Below are positions 12,951-25,594 of a stretch of DNA of 64,000 nt, one piece after another; the first letter of the stretch is position 1, and each line of letters starts with the position of its first letter. The stretch covers positions 172,298,001-172,362,000 of the forward strand of contig OX597817.1 of assembly GCA_951406725.2 (NCBI GenBank). Reading direction: 5' to 3'. The stretch is from Octopus vulgaris (Eukaryota). The notes beneath the pieces were generated by a model, which saw nothing but the letters and a program-made list of their open reading frames with translations, had not been told where the DNA came from and ran no database searches. A program made the translations under genes and the position numbers.

Positions 12951-13521
12951 TATTGGGCTGTCCGGAAAGTTAAGTGTCGATTTTTAAAGGAAAGAAAAAG
13001 GTCAATAAATACTTGCCATTACATTTTTAATCAACCAAATATGAACCATTTTGTTGCACAATGCGTCTCCATTTTTCCTTTAACTTGAAAATATCCTCTT
13101 CCCAGAGCGGAGGTGGTCTCATGGCAAAGGATTCATCAAGGTATCTTTTTACGTCATCCAAGGAATTGAAATTTTTACCATTAAGACTATTCTGCAGAGA
13201 CCTGAATAAGTGGAAATCCGAAGGAGCAATATCTGGTGAATATGGAGGGTGGGGTAACACATCCCAGCCGAGCCGCAGGAATTTTTATCTGGTTCCCAAA
13301 GCATCAAGTGCCGAAAATGAACCTTCTTATCTTCCATTTTAAAGGGTTACAGAATTAACACAGGTTATAGGAACATAAACCTGCTTCCACGAAAAGATAG
13401 CTTAAATTGTGCTCTAAATGGAGGTGTAGTCAAATCCTATTTTATGGACTCAACCACGTTCTAAAATAAGTCGAAAGGTAAGCTACTATAAATCGGCATG
13501 AACTTTATGGTCAACCCAATA
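12951..13521 (-). mobile_element. Internally deleted mariner DNA transposon with TIRs and TA flanks
   Basis: TIRs ta-ttgggctgtccggaaagtt..gtcgattt and aaatcggcatgaacttt..caacccaa-ta; N-terminus MEDKKVHFRHLMLWE is joined to C-terminal HPPYSPDIAPSDFHLF (mariner YSPDLAPxD motif). Confidence 0.92.
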
Positions 13522-14527
13522 TTATTATTAAAGTTTCGCTTGTACAGATTTTGTTCAGTATGAGATGCAACATATAGGTGGGTGATGTGTACGCATGATC
13601 TAGGTCTTATGTCTTAAGGTCAAATCTTATTTTATGGACTCAACCATGTTCTAGTCGAAAGGTAAGCTACTATAAATCGGTACGAATTTTCCAGACAACC
13701 CACTACGTTCTCGAATCGACTTATTCGACTAAACTCTTCAAGGCAGTGAACCAGTATAGCTGAAGTCCAATGACTGAAACAAGAATATTTATTGCCTGGT
13801 ACTGATTCTTGTAGTTTGCACTTGTATTTTTTCTATGAGTGCATATCTTTCCTACTCGACAGCGATACGTATCCATGTAGTCTTGATTGTAATCGGAACC
13901 AAAGTAGTTTGAAATAACTGATCAAAATTTATTTGGACTTCTATTATGCATACCAAGAATAAAGAATTTTAAGGATTGTATTTATTTTTCAATGATGGAA
14001 TGTTTTTCTCTAATGTTTTTGTTCGTATCACATGTCGAGTAATTTATTTTTATATTTCTCCATAGGAGTTCTACGTGTTTGCAAAGAATTTACTGCCTGA
14101 AGACAGAAATTCAAATCGGTAGTTGTATGTTGGAACAATATAACAGCAGAAAGCTCTTCAACACAAGAACGCACCTTTCTCGTTTATGCTTCAAGTAAAA
14201 TTTGTTCCTGAAGGAAGTATATCCGAACAATGAGATTGTATAATAATTCGGTACATTTCAAATGCAATTTACAAGAACACAGAAAACAAAACAGAATATT
14301 TCCTGAAGACTAAGCTTAGAGAATTAAAAGGGTGTGATTAGAGGAAAAAATTAAATAAATCAGGAATGGTAAAAATGTAGATTGGGGGAGAATGACAGAA
14401 CGGGACAAATAAAATTTCCATAATTGGAAGAGAATCAAACTGAAATATGATCGAGACAGCTGGATTCATAATACTAATGAGAGAGAGTCAATAAACTGAG
14501 GGACTGCTTGACATTGACAAGCAAAGC

Positions 14528-14574
<47 letters not shown>

Positions 14575-14739
14575 TGTTTGTGTGCAAGTATATATATATA
14601 TCTATAATCTTATACTTGTTTCAGTCATTAGACTGTAGCAATGCTGCAGCACCGTCTTTAAGAATGTTTAGTCGATTGAATGAACCTTAGTACTTTGGTT
14701 AAAAGTCTATCGGATCTTTTGTAGAACAACTAAGCATGC

Positions 14740-15261
14740 TTTGTTCATGAGGGATTTTCACTTTGTTAAGTAACCGTTTTGAACGGATGAGACGGTTTTC
14801 CTGTGTCATTGCAGACACGAATTGACCTTTCCACATTACATTGGATGGTTCTGATAGTCCACTCTGACATCTGAAGTTCTTCAGCAATGGCCCTCATTGA
14901 TCTTCTGGGGTTTTCATCGATAATGTTTTGAACATAGTGTATAAATTCCGGGGTCCTTTTAGCGTTTGAGCGTTGTGAATGATTTTTTTTTCTTTTTGAT
15001 ACAGGTGAAACATTACCATCACATGCTTCCAATTCCCTAATGAACTTTGTGTACAAATGACCGAGCAACATTTAAAAAGTTGTTCATTTCTACGTCATTG
15101 TGGTTTGCATTGAAAAGCAACTTTGATTGCATGTTTTTTTTTCATTTTTTGAGATAGCATGATATCTTGAAAGAGCTACTTGAAAAAAATGTTACCTTAC
15201 ATAATTTGAAGAACTAAAAATGAACTAAAAATAAAATGTCCTCAAATCCTCCTCCTCACAC

Positions 15262-15267
<6 letters not shown>
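14740..15267 (-). mobile_element. Tc1/mariner-superfamily (maT/Tc1-like) transposase N-terminal relic
   Basis: KRTPEFIHYVQNIIDENPRRSMRAIAEELQMSEWTIRTI, an HTH-type segment; terminus ta-cagagtgtgagg abuts (TA)n. Confidence 0.7.
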
Positions 15268-15301
<34 letters not shown>

Positions 15302-15302
<1 letters not shown>

Positions 15303-16012
15303 CTTAGAAAGGTTTTGGCCAGTATTGGCCCAGGCCATGTCTAACTTAATAGCACCACCTGGCGAAGTCTTTCAATTCAGTATTTGGGCACCGAGGCCCA
15401 TTCGAGCAGAGAGTTATTATTTGCGGAGACATATCCGGGTGTGGGTGGTTTGTCCGGGACTGTTTGAAGGAATTTGTCCAAAGACTTCTTGAACTTTGTG
15501 TGGTCAGATTCTGTTTTGACGTGTCCTGGTGTAATGTTGAAGAGAGCGGGTCCAGTCGTTATGTGATGCGATTTAGATTTTTGTTGTGGACGGATGGCAC
15601 GTGGTCCAAGTCTTGGATGTATTTTGAAGGTGATGCCAACATCATTCGGACAGTGCTGGTGGAATATTTTCCACATCATACAGATAATGTAGCGTTCACG
15701 GCGTCGTTGGAGTGAATACAGTTTCAGTTTCTCTAGTCTACCCCAGTAGTCAAGGTCTGACATGCCATCTATCTTTTTTGTGATTGACCTTCGGGGAGCT
15801 TCAATTCTCATAATATTTTGTTTTGTGTAGGGAGACCACAGTGGACAGCAGTATTCAAGGTGGGGTCGAGCAAAAGTGGAGAAGAGAAGGATAATGGTGT
15901 GGGAATCTCTCGACTGGAAGGTTCTGAGAATCCAGGAACACATTCTGCGGGCCATGTCAACTTTGCTGCTTATATGTGTAGCCCAGCTTAGGTTGTTGTC
16001 CACTGTTACTCC
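15302..16012 (-). mobile_element. 5'-truncated CR1/L2-like LINE (ORF2 C-terminus + 3' UTR)
   Basis: [65 protein letters not shown]. Confidence 0.88.
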
Positions 16013-16026
16013 CATATATGTATATA

Positions 16027-16062
<36 letters not shown>

Positions 16063-16100
16063 TGTATGTATGTATGTATGTATGTATGTATGTATGTATG

Positions 16101-16131
<31 letters not shown>

Positions 16132-16207
16132 GTATGTATGTGTGTATGTATATGTATATGTATGTATGTTTGTATGTATGTATATATACATACTGATATA
16201 TATATAT

Positions 16208-16279
<72 letters not shown>

Positions 16280-16339
16280 GTATTATATGTATATGTATAT
16301 GTATGTATGTTTGTATGTATGTATATATACATATACATA

Positions 16340-16402
<63 letters not shown>

Positions 16403-16404
<2 letters not shown>

Positions 16405-16820
16405 CGCAGGAGTGGCTGTGTGGTAAGTAGCTTGCTAACCAACCACATGGTTACGGGTTCAGTCACACTGCGTGGAATCTTGGGCAAGTGTCTTCTGCTA
16501 TAGCCCCGGGCCGACCAATGCCTTGTGAGTGGATTTGGTAGACAAAAAACTGAAAGAAGCCTGTCGTATATATGTATATATATATATGTGTGTGTATATG
16601 TGTTTGTGTGTCTGTGTTTGTCCCCCTATCATTACCTGACAACCGATGCTGGTGTGTTTACGTCCCCGTCACTTAGCGGTTCGGCAAAATAAACCGATAG
16701 AATAAGTACTGTGCTTACAAAGAATAAGTCCCGGGGTCGATTTGCTCGACTAAAGGCGGTGCTCCAGCATGGCCGCAGTCAAATGACTGAAACAAGTAAA
16801 AGAGTAAGAGAGTAAAAGAG
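16403..16820 (+). mobile_element. tRNA-derived SINE family A (octopus OR/OK-type), full length
   Basis: Head ggcgcaggagtggctgtgtggtaag (A box) and gggttcagtc (B-box-like), internal (TA)/(TG) tract, tail ggcggtgctccagcatggccgcagtcaaatgactgaaacaagtaaaagag; near-identical copies elsewhere in the window. Confidence 0.9.
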
Positions 16821-19800
16821 TATACATACATACATACATACATACATACATACATACATACATACATACATACATACATACATACATACACACTTTGTAG
16901 ATGAAAGAGGAAAGGGATACTCAACATATATTGTAGGCTATACATTTTTTTATTTAAATTTAATTCTTTTGTTTGTAACTGAAATTTTCCAGTTCGGGCA
17001 AAATCTTTTGGTGTTCAGGTATTTCGGGTTCGTTTCAGTCTTATATATACTCTTTTTTCTCTATAACTATTGTTCGCAGCGGCTAGTTTCCAAATGCTGT
17101 GGTATTATTGTTGCCGTTTCATTTGCCAGTTCGTTGATTGCTTTTTACTTCATTAGTGAGCTTTCTTGTTGTTCATATTTCAGCTACTCTTTTCCAAAAA
17201 TGACTTATCAATATATATTGTTAGTGATTAGTGATTTCAGTAGTCGTTAGTTCTCTTTTTGATGATTTCGTGGCCGTTTTTGCCAGGTCATTTTGCTGCG
17301 TTGGCTACTTGTTCATCGCTTGTTCACCGACCAGTTCAGTAGTAGCCGTAAGTCTGTCTGTACATTACACATTTCATACCCGGTTTTTCAAAAGCTGTTA
17401 TTCTATCAATTTCACAGATTGATAATATATCTGAAGTCACTAAAGTTGTTTTGATATACTCAGGAGAAGGGGAAGGAGTAATCTTTATATCCAATATATT
17501 TAAACTGGCACTATTTTTTATACATTAATTTGGTGGTGATTTTTTTTTTGTTGTTGTTCTTCTCTGATGTCGTCTTCTCTGAACTTCACTTTTGGTACAT
17601 CACTGATATTTAAGTTATGTCATCGATTGATATCTAAGAGATAGAGGCGAAAGCAACTCAAAAGTAAAATGTAGCATCTCTGCAAAGGCGAATCCCTAAA
17701 ATGGATTTATGTTAGTAATTTATGTTCAGTTGAGAAGCTCAAATTAATGGTCAAAAACCAGCGGAGGTCCATTTACAATAATTTACTAGGCAAGTTCTGG
17801 CGCCACCGTAATCGATACTAACCATATTCCAAAATAAAATTCACCTTTTATCTTATTTTGAAATTATTGTTAACATTCTTATCAATCTATTATCAAATAA
17901 AATAAATCATATTTAATAGCTGAATCCAAACATGTTCCGATCAATATTAGATTGAAACATGCCCAGAATTATCTCCCGTACCTACCGAAGTACTGAAATT
18001 ATGAAACTCATTTATTGGCTAATATTTACTCTTTTTACCTCATTCCGCTTTGTTATTTCCAGTCAGCCATTTAATCCATTAAATGTTAACTTTGTTTTAA
18101 CTTTTATTTTTCATACTGGGGACATCTCCGTGTTATTTCTTCACAGAGCAATTCTAATTTCGTACGCTAACCAGTGTACAGTTTTTGTACATTTGCTTAC
18201 TAATGCATTCAACACTCGTATTTCAGCAGATACTTTGAAGTCTACGCTTCTTTGATGCGGTCATAATAAGAATTAAGCATGTCCAGCGTTGACTCTATTG
18301 TTTACCGAAATAATAAAACTCTTAGTCATTGCTTAGTACTGTTTATTCCTCGTCACATAACTATTCCTAGTTCGTTTTTCAATGTTACCGATATTAAATA
18401 CGCTAGCACTAATTTATAGTTAGTCAAAACGTTTGCCACAATGCATCACCTTCCTATCTTTTCACTGCTGGTTAGCAACGATGCAAAATAGAGACTAGAG
18501 CACAAACATTTGATTTGTTTTGCTTTATCAATGCGTAACCTCACCATCAATAACTCCAAGATAATACCTCTTTGTGGTGACATGGTGAATGAGTACCATC
18601 TACCCCCAGACTAAACTTATCAGAGACTTGGTGTTAGTCTCTCCTTCCCTGGATTTACGTCTTCCAGATTTACGGAGATAACCCCCTTCCGTTCACCAAC
18701 AGGCTCATAGCAAAATAGTGCCTCTGCTTTGTTGTTGTGTCCGGCTTCAATAAGTCTAAGAGAGTAAACGCTGAAAGAAAATTTGGAGTATGGGCAGGCT
18801 TGTGCTATACTCAGCACTACTCTGTAGCTTCTATAGTCAATCTATTACCAAACGTATCGTCCCTACATGCTTTCTGTGGATAATACCCACAACACCAAGG
18901 AGATTTTGATACTTGGTCAACCTAGTTTCTCTCTGTTGCCCTGGCTAATGTCCTGGGGAGGAAACTCAAGCTTTGCTACAAATGCAACACAGTTACCAAT
19001 AATATATGTATTCAGCTACAGAGGCGAATAGCTAAATGCTGGAGTTTGTTACCCACGGCAGGCAATGTTATTTAACTTCATTGAATATCTACTGCTCCTC
19101 TGAAATTAAGCATCCTTCAACTAGTAAGATGCTGTTCGCTCACTGTTCACCTCCTTCATTTAGGTAGACGAGACGATACTATCTGAAAATGAACAAACTG
19201 AAACACACCAAGCAACAACATAAAACATCAACTATAGCAACAAAGAACACCAGCGTTGTGTTCAGAAAGCGCAAGAAACCAATAAATCAGGATCGAGTGC
19301 TAAACAATTCGAACGATAACAACTGGCTTTACTAAATTCCTTCGAACCATTAATGAGATTCGCAATACAGTTTTCAAGTAGATATTGCTACTCGTCATGT
19401 GACCTGTGTCAATATTGTTAAAAGCCTAAGAGAAGCAGATTATTTATTCTTGAAACAAGGAAAATGGAAGATGAAAAATTTGAATACGATACTGGGTTCA
19501 TTATCAAGAGTACAGGTTTCCAATCTGTATCGTCAGAGTACAGGTTTCCAATCTGTATATGCTGGTCGTCAGATGGACATAACAATTTTCTTTGCATCTA
19601 TGTCAGATATGGGTGGCCTTTTTTGTAAAGCGAACCGCACGAGACAGGGATCTTCAACAGGCGGGTAGTTTAGGTGTGTCATTCAGAAAATCTCACGGTT
19701 CGCAATTTATCCGTGTCTGATCTATATCCTTACACTCACACCTGTCGATGATGACAAAAAAATTTCGGTAGCCAAAGAGAGAGACGCAACAAACAGTTAC

Positions 19801-20204
19801 TAGAAAGAACCCTGAGGTAACTTCAAAACCAAATTCGGCGATGATAATGTAGCGTTACTCACGATGGTGTTAAGATCAATTACGATGATCAACGCTGCCA
19901 TGACTTGTGATCTTGTCACAATTTAATTTTCGACTAAGTTCCGTTATTTACTGCCGTTGCACAAGTACAAAATGGCATTTCTCTACTAATATCTTTTATA
20001 TTTTTATATACATGCTTTACATAAGCATAAGTCAGAGCCTGTCGTTTCTCTACCTATTCGAAAATCCCTATCTATGTCATTACTAGATACATATCTACGT
20101 TACTCAAGCAATTTGCTTCAAATATATTCGAGCCGATCTTAAAGCTAGTTGGACTGGTTTATTAACTCAGATCTGTCCGTCGGAAGTAAATATTGCGAAA
20201 GCTT

Positions 20205-20495
20205 AGGGCCTCCGTCGGTCATGGCTGACCATGGATGATGTCATCCGTCCGTTGAGTTGTCTATTCAGTCTTTGCAGCACCTCCTCCTGTGGCTGTAGAG
20301 ACCGATGCGAGAGTGGCAGTCTCGTTTGCAGAGGTCGCACCTATACGTTGAATCCGGTCTGTTGGCTGTCATTTCTTTTCTGCGGGTTCGGTTTTCAGCT
20401 GCCGCCATCCTCGCCGGTCTGCAGTTGTTTATGAAGAGTACCTCTCCAGCTGGTTCGGTCGGCTGCGAGATCCTCCCAGGAATTGGTGTTGATGT
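20205..20495 (-). mobile_element. RTE-clade LINE 3' end
   Basis: Minus strand reads WEDLAADRTSWR and, after a frameshift, YRCDLCKRDCHSRIGLYSHRRRC, the C-terminal zinc finger typical of RTE/BovB-like ORFs. Confidence 0.8.
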
Positions 20496-20961
20496 AGTCT
20501 TAAAATTATTCGTAATATTGCAAGTTTCTTACATAATGCAAATATTTTATATAATCCATATCTAATTCCATAAATATATTTATAACATTACAGATATATC
20601 ATATTTGTCGTACAATCTATGTTTGCTTTGTTAAATATGTTTGAGACATTACAAATAATGTAAATTTGTTAGATAACCTAAATTTGTTTTGCTAACCATG
20701 TGTATAATATTAAATTAATGTAGATTTATTCAATCATTTATATTTATTATATAATCCAAGGTTGTGTTGTTTACAGATATTTATGATATTAGAAATGAAA
20801 TTAATTTTTTTTTTACATGTGCCCAGTTTGTTTTAGGATTAAGGTTTGTTTTATAAACTAAGTTTCTTTTGTTAAACATATTTACCATCTTACGTATGCT
20901 ATGTTTTTCTAATAACCTTAGGTGTGCAAAATAATCCGGTTTATTTTGTTAAATATGATAT

Positions 20962-21175
20962 TGGTTTCAAATTTTGGTACAAGGCCAGCAAGTTCGGGGG
21001 AGGGGCTAAGTGAATTATATCGCACTTGGGCCCAACAGGTACTTATTTTATCGACCCCGAAATGATGATAGGTAAAATCGACCTAGGCGGAATTTAAACT
21101 CAGAACGTGAGGGTGGGTGAAATACCGATAAGCATTTTGCCCGGCATGCTGACGATTCTGCCAGCTCTCCGCTTT
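20962..21175 (-). mobile_element. SINE family B, diverged
   Basis: Reverse complement of gcggagagctggcagaatcgtcagcatgccgggcaaaatgc...gggtcgataaaataagtacc. Confidence 0.8.
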
Positions 21176-21289
21176 AAACATACTTACAATACTGCAAGTA
21201 TTTCGGGCTTGTAAAATAATCAGATTTTGTTCTATAAATCCAGGTTTGGTGCATAATCCTATTTTGTTAATGTAATCTGGGTTTATTAT

Positions 21290-21431
21290 TTAGATTATTT
21301 ACATTTGACGAATATTTGTCCTCATCTTGTTTGTTGTTAACACAACGTTTCAGCTGATATACCCTCCAGCCTTCATCAGGTGTCTTGGGGAAATTTTGAA
21401 CCTGGGTTCTCATTCCTAAGGCATTTTTCGA

Positions 21432-21501
<70 letters not shown>

Positions 21502-21551
21502 ATCACTGCTTGGAATCGAACTCAGAATCTTAACCACTACGCTATATGCCC
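21290..21551 (-). mobile_element. tRNA-headed SINE-like element with internal (AAT)n and a 3' hammerhead ribozyme
   Basis: Minus strand: gggcatatagcgtagtggttaag (A box), gagttcgattcc (B box), (AAT)n, a ~50-nt spacer, then an HHR. Confidence 0.7.
21339..21384 (-). ncRNA. Minimal type-I hammerhead ribozyme
   Basis: GACAC-CUGAUGA-A-GGCUGG-agggtata-UCAGCU-GAAAC-GUU-GUGUU: stem I, intact core boxes, stem II and palindromic AACGUU stem III. Confidence 0.75.
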
Positions 21552-22030
21552 GTGTATAATCTAGATTTGTTATATAATAAAAATCCTCTATATAATTCAA
21601 GTTCGTTATACTATACCGATCTGTTATATAATCCAGGTTTATTGTATAATTCAGGCTTGCAATATAATCCAGTTTTGTTATATAATCCAGCTGTCTTGTA
21701 TAATTTAAGTATGTTATATAATCCGGGTTTTTTTTTATATAATCGGGTTTTCTATATAATTTAAGTTTATATGTAATTTAGATTTGTTATTTTATTTAAG
21801 TTTGCCATATATTATATAATCCAGGTTTGTTATATAGTTTAGTTTCCTATTATATAATTCAGTTTTACTAATACATGTTTTCTAATATAATCCAGATTTA
21901 CATATATATAACCCAGTTTGGTAATTTAAACATATCTATGACGGTACAAATAATCATACTTTGTCATATAATTCGGGCTTGATTAACCAGCCATGTCAGT
22001 ATTGGCTACACACTTTCTTTTATTCTTATA

Positions 22031-22255
22031 TTCTTTTATTTGTTTCAGTCATTTGATTGCGACCATGCTGGAGCACCGCCTTTAGTCGAGCAAATCGGCC
22101 CCAGGACTTATTCTTTGTAAGCCTAGTACTTATTCCTTCGGTTTCTTTTTGCCGAACCGCTAAGTTACGGAGACGTAAACACATCCAGCATCGGTTGTCA
22201 AGCGATGTTGGTGAGGGGACAAACACAGACACACAAACATATACACACCCATACA

Positions 22256-22307
<52 letters not shown>

Positions 22308-22470
22308 TACAACGGGCTCCTTTCAGTTTCCGTCTACCAAATCCATTCACAAAGGTTTGGTCGGCCCGAGGCTATAGTAGAAGACACTTGCCCAAGGTGC
22401 CACGCAGTGGGAATAAACGGGGAAACGTGGCTGGTAAGCAAGCTACTTACCACACAGCCACCCCTGCGCC
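22031..22470 (-). mobile_element. SINE family A, full length
   Basis: Reverse-complement match to 16403-16820. Confidence 0.9.
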
Positions 22471-23118
22471 TAATAATTCAAATTTATTCCCTAATCCAAG
22501 TTTGTTATTTAATCCACATTTGATATATAAACCAAGTTTGTTGCATGTTCTTATAATGCAGGAGTGTTATATAATCTAAGTTTGATATCTAATCCAGGTT
22601 TGTTTGTTTTTTAACATATCTTTGTGATATCACATAGAATCCAGGACTAAAATTCTTTTTTATTAATCCGTGGGAGAGGACGCTAATACTATCCCTCCCA
22701 CCATTTCTACTAGCCGTGATAACTGATTCAGAATGATTTACAAATCCTAAAACATTTCAAGAATAACATTTAAGCATTTAACTATATATCTGAAGATCAT
22801 TTTAAGAATGAGCATCGTGAGTCTTGCTGTTTGCATTGTAAGCAATCGTTCACAGTTTTTGTTTGTGTCCTGTCCATAGGTCGATTGCATTCTATTGAAG
22901 TGCATGCTTCATCTAATCTGTTATCCTAGAGAAATGGAAGTGGCTAATGTGAACATCAAGATATATATATATATATATATAGATCAATAAATGGTGGGGT
23001 TGTGTTGACCGCACGTGGAGAAATGATAAGGAAAAATTTTTTTAAAAATGCAGAATGCTCAAATGAAAGAAAATTTTAATAAAATGAGAAAATGATAAAA
23101 TATATAAATATATATATT

Positions 23119-23159
23119 TATTCAACCGGTTTTCGTCAATGTATGACTTGTCAAGAATA
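23119..23159 (-). ncRNA. Variant minimal hammerhead motif in the Penelope 3' region (pLTR)
   Basis: UAUUC-UUGACAA-GUCA-uacau-UGAC-GAAA-ACCGGUU-GAAUA: perfect stems I and II, palindromic stem III, core with C3U and G8A. Confidence 0.72.
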
Positions 23160-23794
23160 TTTATGTTTTAAGAAGTTTTTTTAAAAATTAGAAAGGGGAA
23201 AAAAAGAAAATTGCAATGTTTTTTGTAAAAGAATAATGATAAAAATGTACAAAAATTAAAAAATAAGTTCTCCGATACATTGTGAGTTCGTTGTGTATCT
23301 TGAGTTTTATGGTTGTTTACCAAAAAATTACCTTGAGGTGTTAAGATCCAAAGGGATTAAGAGCATGTGATGTGTTGTGTTGTTAAATTCAGCATGTTGC
23401 AGGACAGGAAGTAGTAGTAATTGTGGTCCTGGTTCTTCAGTTCCTGTGTTGTGAGTAAGGGGAGACAACTCTTTTGAGTTCTTCAATCAAACCCAAATTA
23501 TAAAACTATCATTTTAGCTTCATTTGCATTATCTTTTTTATATAATTGCTTGTTAACTTAACTTTCAGATTTTAACACTTTATTTATATTATTTTCTAAT
23601 AATATAAAACTGCATAGACAATTGCATTTCAAATTGTCATATCATTTATAATAAAAATGATAGTAGTAACAACAACAGTAGTGAAAATGATATTTAAAGA
23701 ATATAAGTTTTAGCTTGAAGTGGTGAATGCATGGTATCTTTATATATTTGTGTTAGTCCATCCATGAAGAGTGAGGTAGAGAAAGGAAGTTTGA

Positions 23795-25594
23795 TCAACG
23801 AGGAGTTTGCATATTAAGTTGTGTTTGGAATTTTTCAATAAAGAGATTCTCCTTGTTAATTCTCTCCTGTGTGGTGATCCCGTCTTTACATTGGTAGAAG
23901 GGGAATATATAGAATTTGGGGTTTAAGTCTTTAGCACATGAGTCTAAGTGGTCACTCAGTGGAATTTGTCGGTATTCCGGGAGATTTATTTGTTCTTTAT
24001 GCACCGTTACTCGTTTACGTAACGGGAGACTCGTTTGTCCCACATAATTATGTTGGCAACCAGCGCATGTGAGAACGTAGATAAGGTTCTCGGAGGAACA
24101 GGAGAAGTTAGTCTTGATTTTAAACTTCGTACCTTGTTTGAAGGTAAATTCAGAGCCTTCAAGTAGAAAGGGGCAGGTACCACAGTTTGAGCGTGCACAT
24201 TTTTTTACTGTTGGGGGTGGATGTGGTGTGTGAAGTTTGGCATTTGTCAAGAGTTTTTTTAAAGATTTGTGTTGCCTTTTGCATTTGAGGATTTTGTGTG
24301 TATTTATAATGTTTTTCATTTTTGGGTCTGTTGACAGTAGACTGAGGTTTTGTATGATTGTGGTGTATGCTTCGATATTTTTGGGGTTGTGGGTGGAAAT
24401 GTATGGAAGTATTTTGAGGTTGTGTGTGGTGTTAGGTTGGGTGGTTATCAGTGTAGTGTTGTCTAGTTCTTTGGCGCGTTTTATTCCATACTCTATAAGG
24501 GTGGAGGGATATTGACGTTGTAATAGTGTTTTTTTGAGGTCTTGAAGGCGTATTTCTCGTGTTTTTGGATCCGAGACAATGGTGCATACCCTTTTAGCTA
24601 AATTGAAAGGGATATTTGTCTTGGTGTGTTTTGGGTGGCATGAACTAAAGAGGAGGTATTGTTGTGAGTCTGTAGGTTTGTGGTAGATGTCTGTTATGAT
24701 TTGGTTCTTAGGTGTTTTTATAATTAGGAGATCAAGGAATGGGAGATGATGTTTGCTTAATTCCATAGTGAATTGGATGTTAGGATGTATGTTGTTTAGT
24801 ATGGTTTTGAATTCCAGGAGTTTTTCATAAGGTTCTTTCCATATGATGAAACAATCATCTAAATACCTTTTCCAGTTTTCCATTAGGTAGGTGTGGAAAA
24901 CATGTCCAAATTTCTGGCTTGATATTTCATAGAGTGACAGTTCGAAGTAACCCATTATGAGGTTCGCAAGGACTGGTGCAGCCTTGGTACCCATCGCAAT
25001 GCCACATTTTTGACGGTAGTGTGTGTCGTCGAAGAGAAAAAAATTGTTTGTCAGAATGAACTTAAGAGATTCTGTAATAAAAGACTTGTTAATGCGGTCA
25101 GGGAATGTCTCTGGGTGTTTTTCTAGCCAGAAGTCAATTGCCTCTATACCATACTCATGTGGAATGTTGGTGTAGAGGTTGATGACATCAAAGGATACCA
25201 GGAGTGCCTCCTCGTTAACTGTTTTCGGGAGGTGTTTGAGCATGTCCAGATCATCCCTAATGAAACTTTTGATGTGGGTAAGGAAAGGTTTCAAAAGGAT
25301 GTCTAGGAAGTTACTCAGGCGGTGTGTTTCACAGGAGGTACCAGCCACGATGGGCCTTAGTTTTAGGTCCTCCGGTGCTTTGATGTTGATGTGGATGTCA
25401 GTGGAGAGTTTGCAGGCTTCGGTGATGTATTTGTTTTTATGGATTTTAGGAAGGCCATAAAAAAGGCTGGGCTTGCATTTGAAAATGGTGATATAATCCC
25501 TTTCTTTTTCTGTGAGTCCCTGACCGTGTTGGCGTATGAGTGTGGTGAGGTTTCTGATTGTTTTTTGCTGTTTGTAGTTGTTAAATAACCTCAT
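23795..25594 (-). CDS. Penelope-like reverse transcriptase + GIY-YIG endonuclease (599 aa open frame, N-terminus probably missing)
   Basis: FYGLPKIHK, LRPIVAG, LVSFDVINLYTNIP, GIAMG, RYLDD, LPFLDL, YHKPT, SSCHP; Cys linker CARSNCGTC; NLIYVLTC..C..NYVGQT..R...H and C-terminal E..FI...LN of GIY-YIG. Confidence 0.95.
   Translation of the reverse strand: MRLFNNYKQQKTIRNLTTLIRQHGQGLTEKERDYITIFKCKPSLFYGLPKIHKNKYITEACKLSTDIHINIKAPEDLKLRPIVAGTSCETHRLSNFLDILLKPFLTHIKSFIRDDLDMLKHLPKTVNEEALLVSFDVINLYTNIPHEYGIEAIDFWLEKHPETFPDRINKSFITESLKFILTNNFFLFDDTHYRQKCGIAMGTKAAPVLANLIMGYFELSLYEISSQKFGHVFHTYLMENWKRYLDDCFIIWKEPYEKLLEFKTILNNIHPNIQFTMELSKHHLPFLDLLIIKTPKNQIITDIYHKPTDSQQYLLFSSCHPKHTKTNIPFNLAKRVCTIVSDPKTREIRLQDLKKTLLQRQYPSTLIEYGIKRAKELDNTTLITTQPNTTHNLKILPYISTHNPKNIEAYTTIIQNLSLLSTDPKMKNIINTHKILKCKRQHKSLKKLLTNAKLHTPHPPPTVKKCARSNCGTCPFLLEGSEFTFKQGTKFKIKTNFSCSSENLIYVLTCAGCQHNYVGQTSLPLRKRVTVHKEQINLPEYRQIPLSDHLDSCAKDLNPKFYIFPFYQCKDGITTQERINKENLFIEKFQTQLNMQTPR

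Larger units (their letters stand above)
20540..22650. repeat. Degenerate ~18-bp minisatellite (consensus ~TTATATAATCCAGGTTTG), interrupted by SINEs
   Basis: Recurrent tataatccaggtttg/tataatccagttttg/tataatttaagtttg units, clearest at 21555-21930. Confidence 0.8.
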
